Shown here in pieces: positions 12,326 through 23,957 of a stretch of 64,000 bases of DNA. A model generated the notes under the pieces. It had not been told where the DNA came from. It made no database searches and was given only the letters and a program-made list of their open reading frames with translations. The stretch's first letter is position 1, and the number at the start of each line of letters is the position of its first letter. The position numbers were made by a program, and so were the translations under genes. This DNA comes from Mayamaea pseudoterrestris (taxonomy: Eukaryota), in NCBI GenBank assembly GCA_027923505.1, contig BROI01000021.1:434001-498000 (forward strand), written 5' to 3'.

Positions 12326-13512
12326 TTACAACTCAGCGAGCGTGGACATATCGATGACAGCCCGTTGAGCATCAGCATTTCCGGCTATCATATCCTGAAA
12401 GTGAGCTGACGCATCCTTGGCATGAATAACTTTATACTCGGGAACAATCTTGTGCTCAGCGCAAAAGTCAAGCATCTGCTGGGTCTCCGGGACACCGCCA
12501 ATCAACGAACCTTCGAGTCTCTGACGCCCAAACAGCATCTGAAAGGCCGAAATCTCAAAAGGTTTCGCCACTCCTCCGATCAAAACCATAGTGCCCCCAA
12601 CCTTGAGAGTGTTCGCCAAAGGGCCTACCGGATGAACAGCCGAGACAGTATCAAGAATGACGTCGAATGTACGATAGGCCGCCTTAATCGCCTCTTCATC
12701 GGCATGGACGAGCAGCTTGGCGCCCAATGATTTTGCAGCAGCTGCCTTCTTGTTGTTGCGGGAAATAACAGTAACATCGCATCCCATGGCTTTGGCAAGC
12801 TTAACGCCCATCTGTCCTAGCCCACCAAATCCAACAATGCCAACTTGCTCACCCTTGCCGCCACCATTTTGCAGAATGTGGCGATTCAATGGAGAAAACA
12901 TGGTGATACCAGCGCAAAGCAAAATGCCTGCGTACTTCATGTCCATACTCTTGGGAACGTGGAAGACAAAATGCTCACTGACGGTAATGTCAGAACTGTA
13001 ACCTCCGTTGGTATGGTGACCGACCGCCTTCTCGTAATTTGCACCTTTGCCGGCCGGAAAGTCGGAGCTGTACGTCTGAGCCATGTCCGGGCAGTGATTC
13101 TCAAGTCCATCCTTACAGAGATCACAGGCACGGCAACTTTCGACCATGCAGCCTACACCAACGCGGTCTCCGACTTTGAAATCCTTGACATCGGCGCCGA
13201 CTGCCTTGACGATGCCAGCTATCTCGTGACCAGGTGCTGGAGTATGGCAGTCGACAAATTAGTTTTTCCATGCCGAAATCACCGCACCTTTTTCCCACCA
13301 ACAACAAATCACTTACCAATCGGGAATTTGTCAAATCCCCAATCTCCGTTGCACGCATGGACATCACTGTGGCACATGCCGCAGTACTGAATGTCAATTG
13401 CAACGTCGTTCGGCCCAACTTCGGGGCGACCAAACTCCATGCGCTTGAGCTCACAACTCGTGTCGAAAGCCGCAAGCGCAATCGTGCCTTTTCCGTCCTT
13501 GATAGTAGCCAT
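12326..13512 (-). CDS. Zinc-binding NAD(P)-dependent alcohol dehydrogenase (cinnamyl-alcohol dehydrogenase-like); intron 13237-13316
   Basis: 'CGMCHSD', 'PGHE' across the splice junction, structural Zn 'CRACDLC...NHC', 'LLCAGIT' and 'GFGGLG'. Confidence 0.93.
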
Positions 13513-13835
13513 GTTTGATGTTTAATAATATTGAATAATACAAAGTGAGTCGAATCTCCGGAACTTGTGAGAAGGAAGCAAAACGAGCAAGTGATTTGTG
13601 CATCCATGGACGGAGATGGAACGATATCGAATGGAACACATTCGAATGGCTGACGCAGTCAAACGTCACAGCTCGCGAGCGCAAAGATTGAAGATATGTC
13701 GCAGTGAAAACTGATACGACATTCATCCGATGCCATCCATCATCACCATGCGCGACGAACGTTCCGTCAGCAGTGCGGATCAAGAGGTGCCTTCATACAC
13801 TTTAGTGTCATCATAATTAGAGCATCGGCGTCAAA

Positions 13836-15416
13836 ATGAGGTCTGGTAGATCAGTGCTGCTCTTCCTGGCGGTAACGAATTCAGCTTGGTCGTTTCAATC
13901 CATATTACGCCCTTATCGGTCGACCATTGGTCGACAATCGATCACCAAACCTCTCTCTGGCATTCTCGATGAAATTGAGGGAGATTCCTACAACCTTTCG
14001 GGAGGCAGTAGCCAGAGTACAGGGACCCGCAATGACTTGGCTGACGCGTATGAAGTCATGCTCGCCGAAATTGTGTTTTCGACCAACGATCCGCGGGTTG
14101 ACATTATAAATAAATTTGATCTCGTCACAGATCCAGATTTTCTTAAGTGGCTGGAGGACACCAAGATTGGCAGATCCAACGACCCCGAAGAGCGCATGGC
14201 TCTCAAGGATTTGCTTGAAATTATTCTCGACGTTAAGACAAAGGTTGAAGTAAGTCGATTGGCCGACGAACGTGCAGCAAAGGAAGCGGAGGAAGCCGAG
14301 CAGCGACGCATCCATGAGGCGGAAGCGAGAGCCGCTGCAGGTCAGCAAATGACAACTGCAGACATCTTGAAGAAGGCTAACGCTATTGGCACACAAACAT
14401 CAGAAACACAGTCACAGGATCGCGAAACGAAGAAGAAGACTTTCTACGAGCAGGAACTGACACCGGAAATTCGGCTAAGCTACGAAAGTCTACTGAAAAA
14501 AGTTCTTCCACCATACAAGGCTGGCGATTCAGCAGCTACTACTGTCTTTATCTACTACGACCAATTTGATGCTCAGTTTGTTAAGGTCGTCAATGAGCGG
14601 GCTGAGAATGGCGAGCAAGAATCTAAGGATTTGCTAGAAGCACTTGCGGTGGAGCAACAGAACAGAATTGCCGCAGCTTCTGAGACCCTCAAGTCAGTTC
14701 TTTCCGTGGGCGATCCAATGCGTATGGAAGGAGCCATTGTCAGGCTAGCTCGCGAAGGAAAAGTTGATGAGGCATTTCTCCTTTTGCTTCAAGCCAACGA
14801 GGATCAAGCAAAAGCTGCAGGCGCCAACGGACCGGCCCAGCTCATGGCCAAGCTTCGCAAGCGTGCCATTGAGGAAAAGGACAAGCAGACTACAAGCAAG
14901 GAAATTCGTCTTATACGTCAACTGCTTCGCGAAGACGATGTTCAAGTGCGTGAGAAGATACTAGAAGATGCGTTCACGCCAAAGGCTGCCTTTATTGTTC
15001 CAGGAACCATGGAGAATGCACAAAAAGCTCTTGATGGCGAATCACCAGACCAGGAGAAGCCAGTCCCAGAAGTTCCTCCACCCGACTTTATCAATGCGTG
15101 CAAAGCAGTTTTACTCAACTTTGGTAATGTCGATTCAGGTGACGAGGAGCGTGGCGACTTGGCTACGCGCATTCGCAAGATTGCTTCCGAGGCCGAAGTT
15201 GTTGCCACCCGTATTTACGGCAAGGGCATGACGACGCGCGAGCAGCAAGATCGAGCATGGGCGGAAACAACAACATCAATTTTTGATCTCGAGAAGATGG
15301 AAATTGACGCGGAGCGTCGAGGCGAACAAGCGCCTTGGACGAATCCAGATGCGGATGATGACATGCTGCTACCTGGATTTGATGCGCAAGGCAGAATGAA
15401 GGTTGGCGGAGGTTAA
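13836..15416 (+). CDS. Plastid-targeted conserved helical protein (At4g37920-like)
   Basis: Signal peptide + 'AWS-F' cleavage motif. 'EIRLIRQLLREDD...LEDAFTP' resembles the plant family as I recall it. Confidence 0.7.
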   Translation: MRSGRSVLLFLAVTNSAWSFQSILRPYRSTIGRQSITKPLSGILDEIEGDSYNLSGGSSQSTGTRNDLADAYEVMLAEIVFSTNDPRVDIINKFDLVTDPDFLKWLEDTKIGRSNDPEERMALKDLLEIILDVKTKVEVSRLADERAAKEAEEAEQRRIHEAEARAAAGQQMTTADILKKANAIGTQTSETQSQDRETKKKTFYEQELTPEIRLSYESLLKKVLPPYKAGDSAATTVFIYYDQFDAQFVKVVNERAENGEQESKDLLEALAVEQQNRIAAASETLKSVLSVGDPMRMEGAIVRLAREGKVDEAFLLLLQANEDQAKAAGANGPAQLMAKLRKRAIEEKDKQTTSKEIRLIRQLLREDDVQVREKILEDAFTPKAAFIVPGTMENAQKALDGESPDQEKPVPEVPPPDFINACKAVLLNFGNVDSGDEERGDLATRIRKIASEAEVVATRIYGKGMTTREQQDRAWAETTTSIFDLEKMEIDAERRGEQAPWTNPDADDDMLLPGFDAQGRMKVGGG

Positions 15417-15685
15417 TAAATTTCACAGAATCTATTTTTTCATTGTATTAGTCTTAGTCATGCGCCAAAATGTGCCGAACTTTTGTAAGATAAAATATGT
15501 ATTGAAGTGGCATTTGTGGATTTTATTTTGTATCCAGTGGGTTTGGATGGCGATCGCATGGTCCAGCGTGAAGGATTGGTTGTATGCTGTGGGTGGTTAG
15601 CTTAGACATTAATCACGAATGGGTCGTCATGTCCACGACTGATAAACGCATCCTCGAATGGGCCGAATTGAGCGGCACACAAGAA

Positions 15686-17740
15686 ATGACCATGAGGATT
15701 GCCGTTTCGAGTCTTTTAGGATTGCTTGTCAGCGCGTCCGTCTTGGTCGCCGACGGGGCCAAAGTCAAGCGCGTTAAGGCTGGAAAGAAATACAATGATC
15801 ATGATGCCGTGCACATTGTGGTGAACAAGGTTGGGTGCGTACAACATTTCTAAGTTGCAGCTTCTGGTTGTTGACGGGCCAATCTCTCTTACACTGAGCT
15901 TGTTTCGCAGACCCTTTAATAATCCGACGGAGACGTATCGATACTACTCGCTTCCATTTTGTAAGGAGCATGCTAATGAAGAGCTTGAGAAGGAGGTGGC
16001 GGAGGAAGAAAACGTCGTTGCGGTGGAGCGCAAGGCTCAAGCGACTGCTGACGAAAAGCGCGAGGGAGCCGTCCGACACAAGCAGCGACTTGGCGAATCC
16101 ATCGTCGGAGACCGTCGGGAAACTTCTCCGTACGATATTACCTTCATGGACAGTGTGGATTGGCGTTTGCTTTGCAAGACGACTCTGCACAAGAGAGACA
16201 TTACCATGTTCAAGGAAGCAATTCACAATAACTACTTTTTTGAAATGTTTGTGGAAGACTTGCCCATGTGGGGCTACATCGGAGATGTCGCAAACGAAGA
16301 TTTTCTCATGGGCGAAGTCGATGGCAGCAAGACGTATCTCTTTCCGCATCTACACTTTCATCTCGGCTACAACAATGATCAAATTGTATCTGCAAAGGTC
16401 ACCACGGATGTACGTATCAAGTTCCTTTGTTATATTTGCATCGCATATGTCTTCTTTATATACACCTCAACGTATATTTTTTGCAGACGGACCGAAAGGT
16501 GGATATAACCGATGTGGACAAGCCTAGGGAGGTCAAATTTAGCTACTCGGTGGAGTGGTTTAAAGATCCGATTTCATGGTCGGATCGTCACACCAACTAT
16601 CATGACTCTAGATTTGTGCCTTCGTCCTTTGAGATCCATTGGCTTTCCATCATCAACTCGTTTGTTCTTGTTTTGTTGCTAACGGCGTTTTTGACTATCA
16701 TCTTGCTGCGTGTGCTCAAGAACGACTTGTCACGGTACATGGAACTTGACGATGAAGCGTTGGAAGAGGAGGAATCGGGTTGGAAGCTTATTCACGGGGA
16801 CGTCTTTCGGTTTCCGGAACATCCCATGCTTTTCTGCTCTGCGGTGGGTACAGGCAACCAGCTTATTGTCCTCTCCCTGTTACACTTGTGCCTTGCACTT
16901 ACTGGAGCCATCTCTACGACTCGACGAGGTTCCATCATGGCTGGAGTAGTTGTCTTATACTGTTTAACGTCCTTTGTGAACGGATACACGTCAGTTCGGC
17001 TTTACCGTCAAATGAATGGCAAGAATTGGGTAAACTGTACCGTCATGTCAGCTGCCATGTTTCCTTCGCCAGTCATCTTTGTCTTTTTGTGGGTAAACTC
17101 GATTGCATTGGCACACGGCTCGACCAGTGCGCTGCCACTCACGACAATTTTTACAGTCACGGCACTTTACTTGTTTATTGCCTTTCCGTTCCATCTCTTC
17201 GGAGCTGTCACGGCTAAGAATTTTGCGAATGCTGACTTTAACGCACCGACCCGCACGACCAAGATTCCACGCGAAATCCCTAGTGAAATGCCCTGGTATA
17301 GAAGCCGAGTTTTTCAAATCTTGATTGCTGGCTTTCTTCCCTTCTCTGCCATTTACATTGAGTTGCATTACATTTTCGCTTCCATATGGGGCCATTCGAT
17401 CTACACGCTGTTCGGTATTCTCCTGTTGACATTCATTTTGCTCATCACGGTCACTTCATTTATTACGGTGGCGCTGCTTTACTTCCAACTAGCCAGGGAG
17501 GATCACCGGTGGTGGTGGGTAACGTACATCAATGGTGGAATGACGGGACTGTTCATTTACGCCTACTCCTTCTATTTCTACTATTATCGAAGTTTCATGA
17601 GTGGTATTCTTCAAGGATCTTTCTACTTTGGATACATGGCGGTCATTTCCCTTGCATTTTTTTTAATGCTGGGTGCTGCTGGTTTCCAATTCAGCTTGGT
17701 CTTTGTCAAGTACATCTATTCGCGGATCAAGAGCGACTAA
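15686..17740 (+). CDS. Transmembrane 9 superfamily (nonaspanin/EMP70) protein; introns 15835-15910 and 16410-16486
   Basis: 'NKVGPFNNPTETYRYYSLPFC', 'IHWLSIINS', 'GWKLIHGDVFR', 'EDHRWWW' and C-terminal 'IKSD' (KxD/E). Confidence 0.95.
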
Positions 17741-17806
17741 GTTTATCAATTGGATAATCGACGAATATTATTGGCAGAGGTCCACCAGTTATCTCATCCT
17801 TTGATT

Positions 17807-19312
17807 CTATATGCTCTTACGGTAGCGCCGTCGTAAATTAGCTAAACGAACGGGGAGCTGTAACAAGCCGCGAATGGGCTGCTTGAGTTTAGATTCACCA
17901 CCCCACTCGTCCCACCATGGCCCGCCTCCTACCTCGGCTCCCCCATATAAGCTCGTCGCCCGATCAATCAGCGGCGGCCCCGCCTTCCGCACATATATCT
18001 TCCTGCTAGAATTCCATTCCAATTCCCAGAGCGTCAAAATGCACTGCGCTTTAAAGGTAGCTCGACAAAATAGAACCATACCTTGATCTGGTGTTGGTGC
18101 GCGAAACACCAGTCCTGGTGTTGTTTCTGGATCGCATTCGTACTTGACAACCGCTTCAAACGGATGCTGGCCTATTCCGTAACCCTTAAGCTCCCACGAT
18201 CCAAAGGGTGTCACCTTCCATTCCATGTTGCCCGTCCATGGCGTACCTTCGTAAAATATTCCATTGTGATGAATTGAAACCATACCAAGCGATTCGCGTC
18301 GTCCAAACGGAATAGTGCGAACCCCACCTCCAGCCGTAACCGAGAGTTGCTCATAGCCAGAGAATGAGTTGCACTGTGTCCAATACCATTTTGGTGGAAG
18401 TGCTGCGCCCCAATTTTTCTCCGCGTATAGAGGCGCATGAGCAAATTTGTACGTATGATTGTTCCAAGTGACGGTGCCAGTTGCTCGCGCATCCGCTAGT
18501 GTGACTTGCCAATGCGGCTCAAAAACTGCAAAGTTCGATAGCCACCCGGCGGTGCTCTTTTGGTCGCCTTGAACATCGCCCCAGCCACAAAGAGGCTCGA
18601 CGGAGATGTCGAAATCACATGAACCAGAATGGCCCTGGCCGGCCAACACACCTCCGAGACTTCCATCATGTCCTCGTATACGTCCCATCAAATGGTTCGG
18701 CAGTATCTGAAATCCACTTTCGACCTGATCATGAAATTCTTCCTTTGTCCTTGCCGTTACAGGCTTGTCGTCGTCGAATACATTCGGCTGCTGCTTCAAT
18801 TCAAACGCACAACCGAGTCCCTGCTGATATTTCCAAGCCCAAAACTTAGTGTCGTCCTTATCTGCCTGAACTAGGTACCCATCATTTGGACCAATGATTT
18901 GAATGCACGACAGTCTGAATTCCGATTTGTTGTTTCCAGGGTCCTCAATGGAAATGACAAAGACAAAGTTCGCCTCAGGGAGAGTCAAGCGATAATACCA
19001 GCCTTCCATGAAGCGATGGCGACTTGTTCCGCGACGTCGGAGCAATTTAGTATATCTACGTCGCAGACTTTGATAAGCGGGGTGAGAAGGTACAAAGTGA
19101 CGGCCGGAATGAGGTGTTTGTTGAGGATACGCTTTTCGTTCCTTTGGTTCCCGAATTCCATGGAGTTGTGTTGGGGAAGTAATAGTCGAACGCTCGTTTT
19201 GTATCGCATGTCTTGCATTTAGAATCCAACATATTATTTCTGAGGTGTTTAAGGCCAGTAATACAAGTGAAAGACAAAGCCGCAGAAGCCGCAGACGCCG
19301 CATATGACTCAT
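17807..19312 (-). CDS. VTE1: Tocopherol cyclase
   Basis: 'QTPHSG', 'RFMEGWYYRLTLPE', 'FEPHWQV' and 'YAEKNWGAALPPKWYWTQCNSF'. Confidence 0.92.
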   Translation of the reverse strand: MSHMRRLRLLRLCLSLVLLALNTSEIICWILNARHAIQNERSTITSPTQLHGIREPKERKAYPQQTPHSGRHFVPSHPAYQSLRRRYTKLLRRRGTSRHRFMEGWYYRLTLPEANFVFVISIEDPGNNKSEFRLSCIQIIGPNDGYLVQADKDDTKFWAWKYQQGLGCAFELKQQPNVFDDDKPVTARTKEEFHDQVESGFQILPNHLMGRIRGHDGSLGGVLAGQGHSGSCDFDISVEPLCGWGDVQGDQKSTAGWLSNFAVFEPHWQVTLADARATGTVTWNNHTYKFAHAPLYAEKNWGAALPPKWYWTQCNSFSGYEQLSVTAGGGVRTIPFGRRESLGMVSIHHNGIFYEGTPWTGNMEWKVTPFGSWELKGYGIGQHPFEAVVKYECDPETTPGLVFRAPTPDQGMVLFCRATFKAQCILTLWELEWNSSRKIYVRKAGPPLIDRATSLYGGAEVGGGPWWDEWGGESKLKQPIRGLLQLPVRLANLRRRYRKSI

Positions 19313-19473
19313 GGTGTGCGCAAACTTCCATGGTGTGAACAGCGACGCGGTTTTTCGCGGCGCGCACGCTAGTAACGATGGGACAGAAAAATGAAGTCGG
19401 AACGGTTTTCACTTTTACGCCGAAAGATCCGAGATGTTTAGCCTCGTCGACCGGATCAAACATTTCTTGGATA

Positions 19474-21195
19474 ATGAGGGTAATCGCTATATTCTGCACT
19501 CTTGTTGCTTTCGAATACTATACGAATGCTCAGCGAATAGCCGTCATCGGTGGTGGGATCTCGGGAAGTTTTGTCACGAAATACCTTTCCGACCTGGATA
19601 AGAATTGCACCTTGTCAGCCATTACCATTTTTGAACCCTTGCCATTAAATGGACCGATATCAGTCAACCAATCAGCTAATGACAACGAACAATTCAGTCG
19701 CGTTCAAAGCATTCGCTTGAATGATGGAACAATTGTTGAAATTGGGGCGTCCATTGCCTATAAAGACTTCCACTTGGTGACGGAAATGATACGAAACGAT
19801 CACAGCTTGCGACTTGCTCGACCATTTTCCACTGGCAATGATGATGATATGTCACACCCTGCAATTCGCCATGGCATGGGAATTTACAGTGGAAACGGTG
19901 ATTGGAAGCTCATGCTTACGTCAAGCTCTGGCTGGGTGAAAAAGCTGCAAATGCTATGGCGCTATGGCTGGGATCTTTATCTCGTCGCCAAGGCTTGCGA
20001 CGACAGTCTTGCATCCTTTGCTAAGATACCGGGCCTTTTGGAAAGTAGTGGTGCCGATACATACTTTGCATCGCCCGATGAGCTATGGTCTAAAATTGGT
20101 CTCGGCAATGCCATTCACCACTCATTTGAACAACTGCTTGACGCTCTTGGAGTTTCTAAGGAAGTGTCGTATCTTCGCAGCTTCTTTTTTTACCAAGGAA
20201 ATTTGCGAAGAGAGCTTTTGGATGCCATAAACCTTGTTAATTACAATCAAGATAATAGAGAAGTCAATTCTATGGTTGGGTTAGGGAGCTTCGCCGCATC
20301 GAGTGGAGGCTTGTTCTCGATCGAGGGCGGTAATTCCAAGCTCATTGCATCCGCACTGCAACAAGCGAAACTTATTGCACAGACGCGGTGTCCTGGTAAG
20401 AGTGTTATTGAAATAAAAACGACGCGAGTGACGGCAGTTGTTGCTGGCTCGGAAGGGTTCGAGCTGTTTTCCAATGACGAGTCTCTCGGTAGTTACGATA
20501 TTGTCATTCTTGCCGCTCCGCTGCACATGGCTCGCGTCGAATTCTTTACACAGAGTCACTTTGATCCTGCCGTCCTGCAATCAATGACGTTTGGTCGTAA
20601 AGTCGACCCTTTTATTGATGACTTGAATGTCCATGGTTATGCTTTGCCACCTGGTGGATTGCCCGAATTTGCGACAAGACCATATACACAGGTCACTACG
20701 ACCGTTGTAAGCAGTGGTAACTTATCAGGAGAGTTGTTGAATATCAAGGATGAGGAGATGCCAAAGTCAATCGTTTTAACGAAGGAAGGTAAGGCCTCGT
20801 TCTACAACATTACGGCCATTACACAGATCAAGGGGTCAACCGGCGTCTACAAAGTCTTTTCAAATAACAAGCTCGGCGACGAAGAGCTTACGAAGTTATT
20901 TGGCCGTGACAAGAAGGTTGAGTATGTCAAATTGTGGGGAGGAGATTATGGAGGAGCGACACCTCAGTATCGCGGCAACGGCATGTCGCTCCCATTTCTG
21001 CTGTATGATGGTGCTGTTAATCTGCAAGGCCACACATCTGGTGGCGCCATATACTATCCGTCGTCCATGGAACAGAGTAGTCTAGCCTGCATGGAATTGT
21101 CGGCGATTGGTGCTCGAGCAGTTGCCAAACTAGTGGCCCGACGCTTAGGTTTCGGCAGCGCGGAGGCTTCGACCGAACTACGAGACGAACTCTAG
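19474..21195 (+). CDS. Prenylcysteine oxidase / farnesylcysteine lyase
   Basis: Signal peptide, FAD motif 'IAVIGGGISGS', 'EIGASI', 'VNYNQ', 'SIEGGN' and 'CMELSAIGARAVAKL'. C-terminal RDEL ER-retention-like signal. Confidence 0.88.
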   Translation: MRVIAIFCTLVAFEYYTNAQRIAVIGGGISGSFVTKYLSDLDKNCTLSAITIFEPLPLNGPISVNQSANDNEQFSRVQSIRLNDGTIVEIGASIAYKDFHLVTEMIRNDHSLRLARPFSTGNDDDMSHPAIRHGMGIYSGNGDWKLMLTSSSGWVKKLQMLWRYGWDLYLVAKACDDSLASFAKIPGLLESSGADTYFASPDELWSKIGLGNAIHHSFEQLLDALGVSKEVSYLRSFFFYQGNLRRELLDAINLVNYNQDNREVNSMVGLGSFAASSGGLFSIEGGNSKLIASALQQAKLIAQTRCPGKSVIEIKTTRVTAVVAGSEGFELFSNDESLGSYDIVILAAPLHMARVEFFTQSHFDPAVLQSMTFGRKVDPFIDDLNVHGYALPPGGLPEFATRPYTQVTTTVVSSGNLSGELLNIKDEEMPKSIVLTKEGKASFYNITAITQIKGSTGVYKVFSNNKLGDEELTKLFGRDKKVEYVKLWGGDYGGATPQYRGNGMSLPFLLYDGAVNLQGHTSGGAIYYPSSMEQSSLACMELSAIGARAVAKLVARRLGFGSAEASTELRDEL

Positions 21196-22336
21196 TTATC
21201 TTAACTGTATACATACTTGAATATACACCAAATTTATGTTCAATCTATTATTATTGGCGCGTGTGAAAGCCTACGGTAGTATCATACATCAGTAAGGTTT
21301 GACATACATCCTGTTGACGTAGGCTGCGGCCATCGCTGAGCACCTCAATTCCATCTTGTTTCGCCTGAGTGAGTCTCCGAGGCTAACATCGACAAGGTGG
21401 TGCCTCATAGACGCAATTCTGAACGTGACGTGTTTGTAGTTGCTCGAGTGGCTGTTGGGCGTCTCGACAGACAACAAAAGCTCAGTCATTCAGCGGTTTC
21501 TTGCTGAATTAATTTTGTACCATTCATGCAATGCTGCATACGAGCTGCATAGCTGCATTGCTGCGATGTTAATATATCGCCAAGATTTGGTTACTCGCAA
21601 GCAATGTCATCTACCGGTATAAAACTGCGTCCATCGTCGATTGTGTCATTGTTGGGAGCACAGCAATCAGGTCGGGCAAAGTACACGTCACAGGATATCG
21701 AACACGGTTTCTATTTAGCTAACCAATGTCGCTGTCCGATGGGTGCGCGTGGCGGGCAAGCAACGGCTGCCATTGGTGATTCGCCACCCACAATGCTCAG
21801 CAACACCAAACGCGTCCTCCTGCGGATTGCTTGATTTTGCACCTCCTTTGCTCCAACCAAAACACTGTCGAGAAGGCAATACTTGATTCTCGATCAACCA
21901 ACAAAACAACATCGTTTGCAAAACATACAGCTCATTGCACACCCTGAAGAATTGAGAAGCAAGTCTTTGCATTTCACATTATTTGTAGTTGATTCGCTTG
22001 AGATACTCTCTTGAGCGGTTCCACTATAGACGCAGGAGCGCCACAATAGCCAGCCGAGAGCAATCGAGTACCAGCCGTGGCTCCCGCGCACGTAGTAGCG
22101 GTGGCCGCGGCTACGAAGACGAAAATAGCAGCAACAGCACGAGTGGACAGCAATTCCCTACCGATCCTCCTGCAGCAAGTAGCAGCATTTCATTCTCTAC
22201 AAAGTTGGCTTCTTGGACGCGCCGACTTCAGCAAGGTATTCACTGCGGCGCTCCGTACCAGACGAATTCTCCTCGCGATCCGCCGGCTTCATACATCAAC
22301 AGTTGCACAAACCCCGACAATACTGCAGCGACTACA

Positions 22337-23850
22337 ATGGGACGTCCCATGCCCGAGAAACCTCCACGCAGTAGCAATAAGGCTCCACCGCCATCTGGAT
22401 ATTACCATAACAAGCGTATCATCGACGGCGATAGTACCGCCGCTGTTAATCCCGAGTGGGATGAGCTTCCGCTTGCGACAGCAACGACCGCTTCGGCTAC
22501 GGTCAGCTACAGTACGGATCAAGGTGACGCGAGTGATGCTTCAGAAGCAGGCATGGAAGTCATCATGGGCAAAACTGATTCTGAGGAGGAAGGCGTGCTG
22601 ACGGTGAGCAAGAAAAAGCATAAGGAAAGGTACATTCCGCATACCTTTCCAGCCGGCAAAAATACCTTCACGGTCGATGAACGCTACTCGATGATCCGCG
22701 TCATTGGATCAGGAGCCTACGGAGTCGTCATTTCCGCCAGAGATCAAGCCAACCAAGAAGATGTTGCCATAAAGATGGTGCCAAAGGCCTTTTCGGATGA
22801 GATTGATGCCAAGCGCATTCTCCGAGAAATAAAATTGCTCAATCACTTCAAGCACGACAACGTGGTTTGCCTGATGGACATGATGCCTCCCAATGTCAAG
22901 TACCTGGACGACTTCATTGACGTTTATCTCGTCACGGACCTAATGGAGACGGATTTGCATCGAATCATCTACTCCAAGCAAAAGCTGTCGATTGATCATG
23001 TGCAATACTTTATCTACCAAGTGCTTCGCGGCCTTAAGTACATCCACTCCTGTGGGGTGCTGCATCGCGACTTGAAGCCAAGTAATTTGCTTGTCAATTC
23101 AAATTGTGACCTCAAGATTTGCGACTTTGGATTGGCTCGTGGGATTGCGCAACCAGAAGAGGAAGGACGAAACGGGACGCTGCTTCTGACCGAGTACGTG
23201 GTCACGCGCTGGTACCGGGCGCCAGAAATCATGTTGGCCTGTCACGAATATTCGTTTCCTATAGATCTATGGTCAGTAGGATGCATTTTTGCGGAGCTCA
23301 TTTTGCGGAAACCATATTTTCCTGGTGACGATTACATTGATCAGGTATGTTTTGTGAACAGAGAGTCGTCAATGGCACTCTAAAACTACTGCTGCTAACA
23401 ATATACTTGCATTCGCATGTCTAGCTAACGATTATATGCGAGAAACTTGGCAAGTTACCGGAAGGAGATCTCGACTTCGTGACGTCGGACAAGGCCAAAC
23501 GATTTATGCGCAAGCTTCCAAGCAAGCCGCCGATTCATTTTTCGTTGCAGTTTCCCGGGACGCCTCCTGAAGCGCTTGACGTAGTGCGAAAAATGCTGGA
23601 AGTTCATCCCGACAAGCGAATTACTGTTGCCGACGCCTTGGATCATCCATTCTTCGCACCGCTCCATAACCCGAGCGATGAGCCGACATCCAGCCGCAAA
23701 TTTGACTTCTCATTCGAGTCTGAGAAACTAGATCGGCCTCGTTTAAGGGAACTCATCTGGGAGGAAGTTGGACGCTTTCGGCCGTCGAGTCTTCCCGTCG
23801 CACCAAGGAGGGATGGTTCATCCAACAAGAAACAGCGTAAGGAGCCATAG
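22337..23850 (+). CDS. Mitogen-activated protein kinase (TEY activation loop); intron 23345-23424; 5' end uncertain
   Basis: [24 protein letters not shown] and [13 protein letters not shown] motifs. Confidence 0.95.
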
Positions 23851-23957
23851 TCAGCTGCTCTCCCTCTCGAGCGTACTAATCCTAGTAATGCGCGTGACTA
23901 TTAGTCTTTAGTATAAGAGTAACATGTTATTTTTACTTCACTTAAATATCAGTTTTG

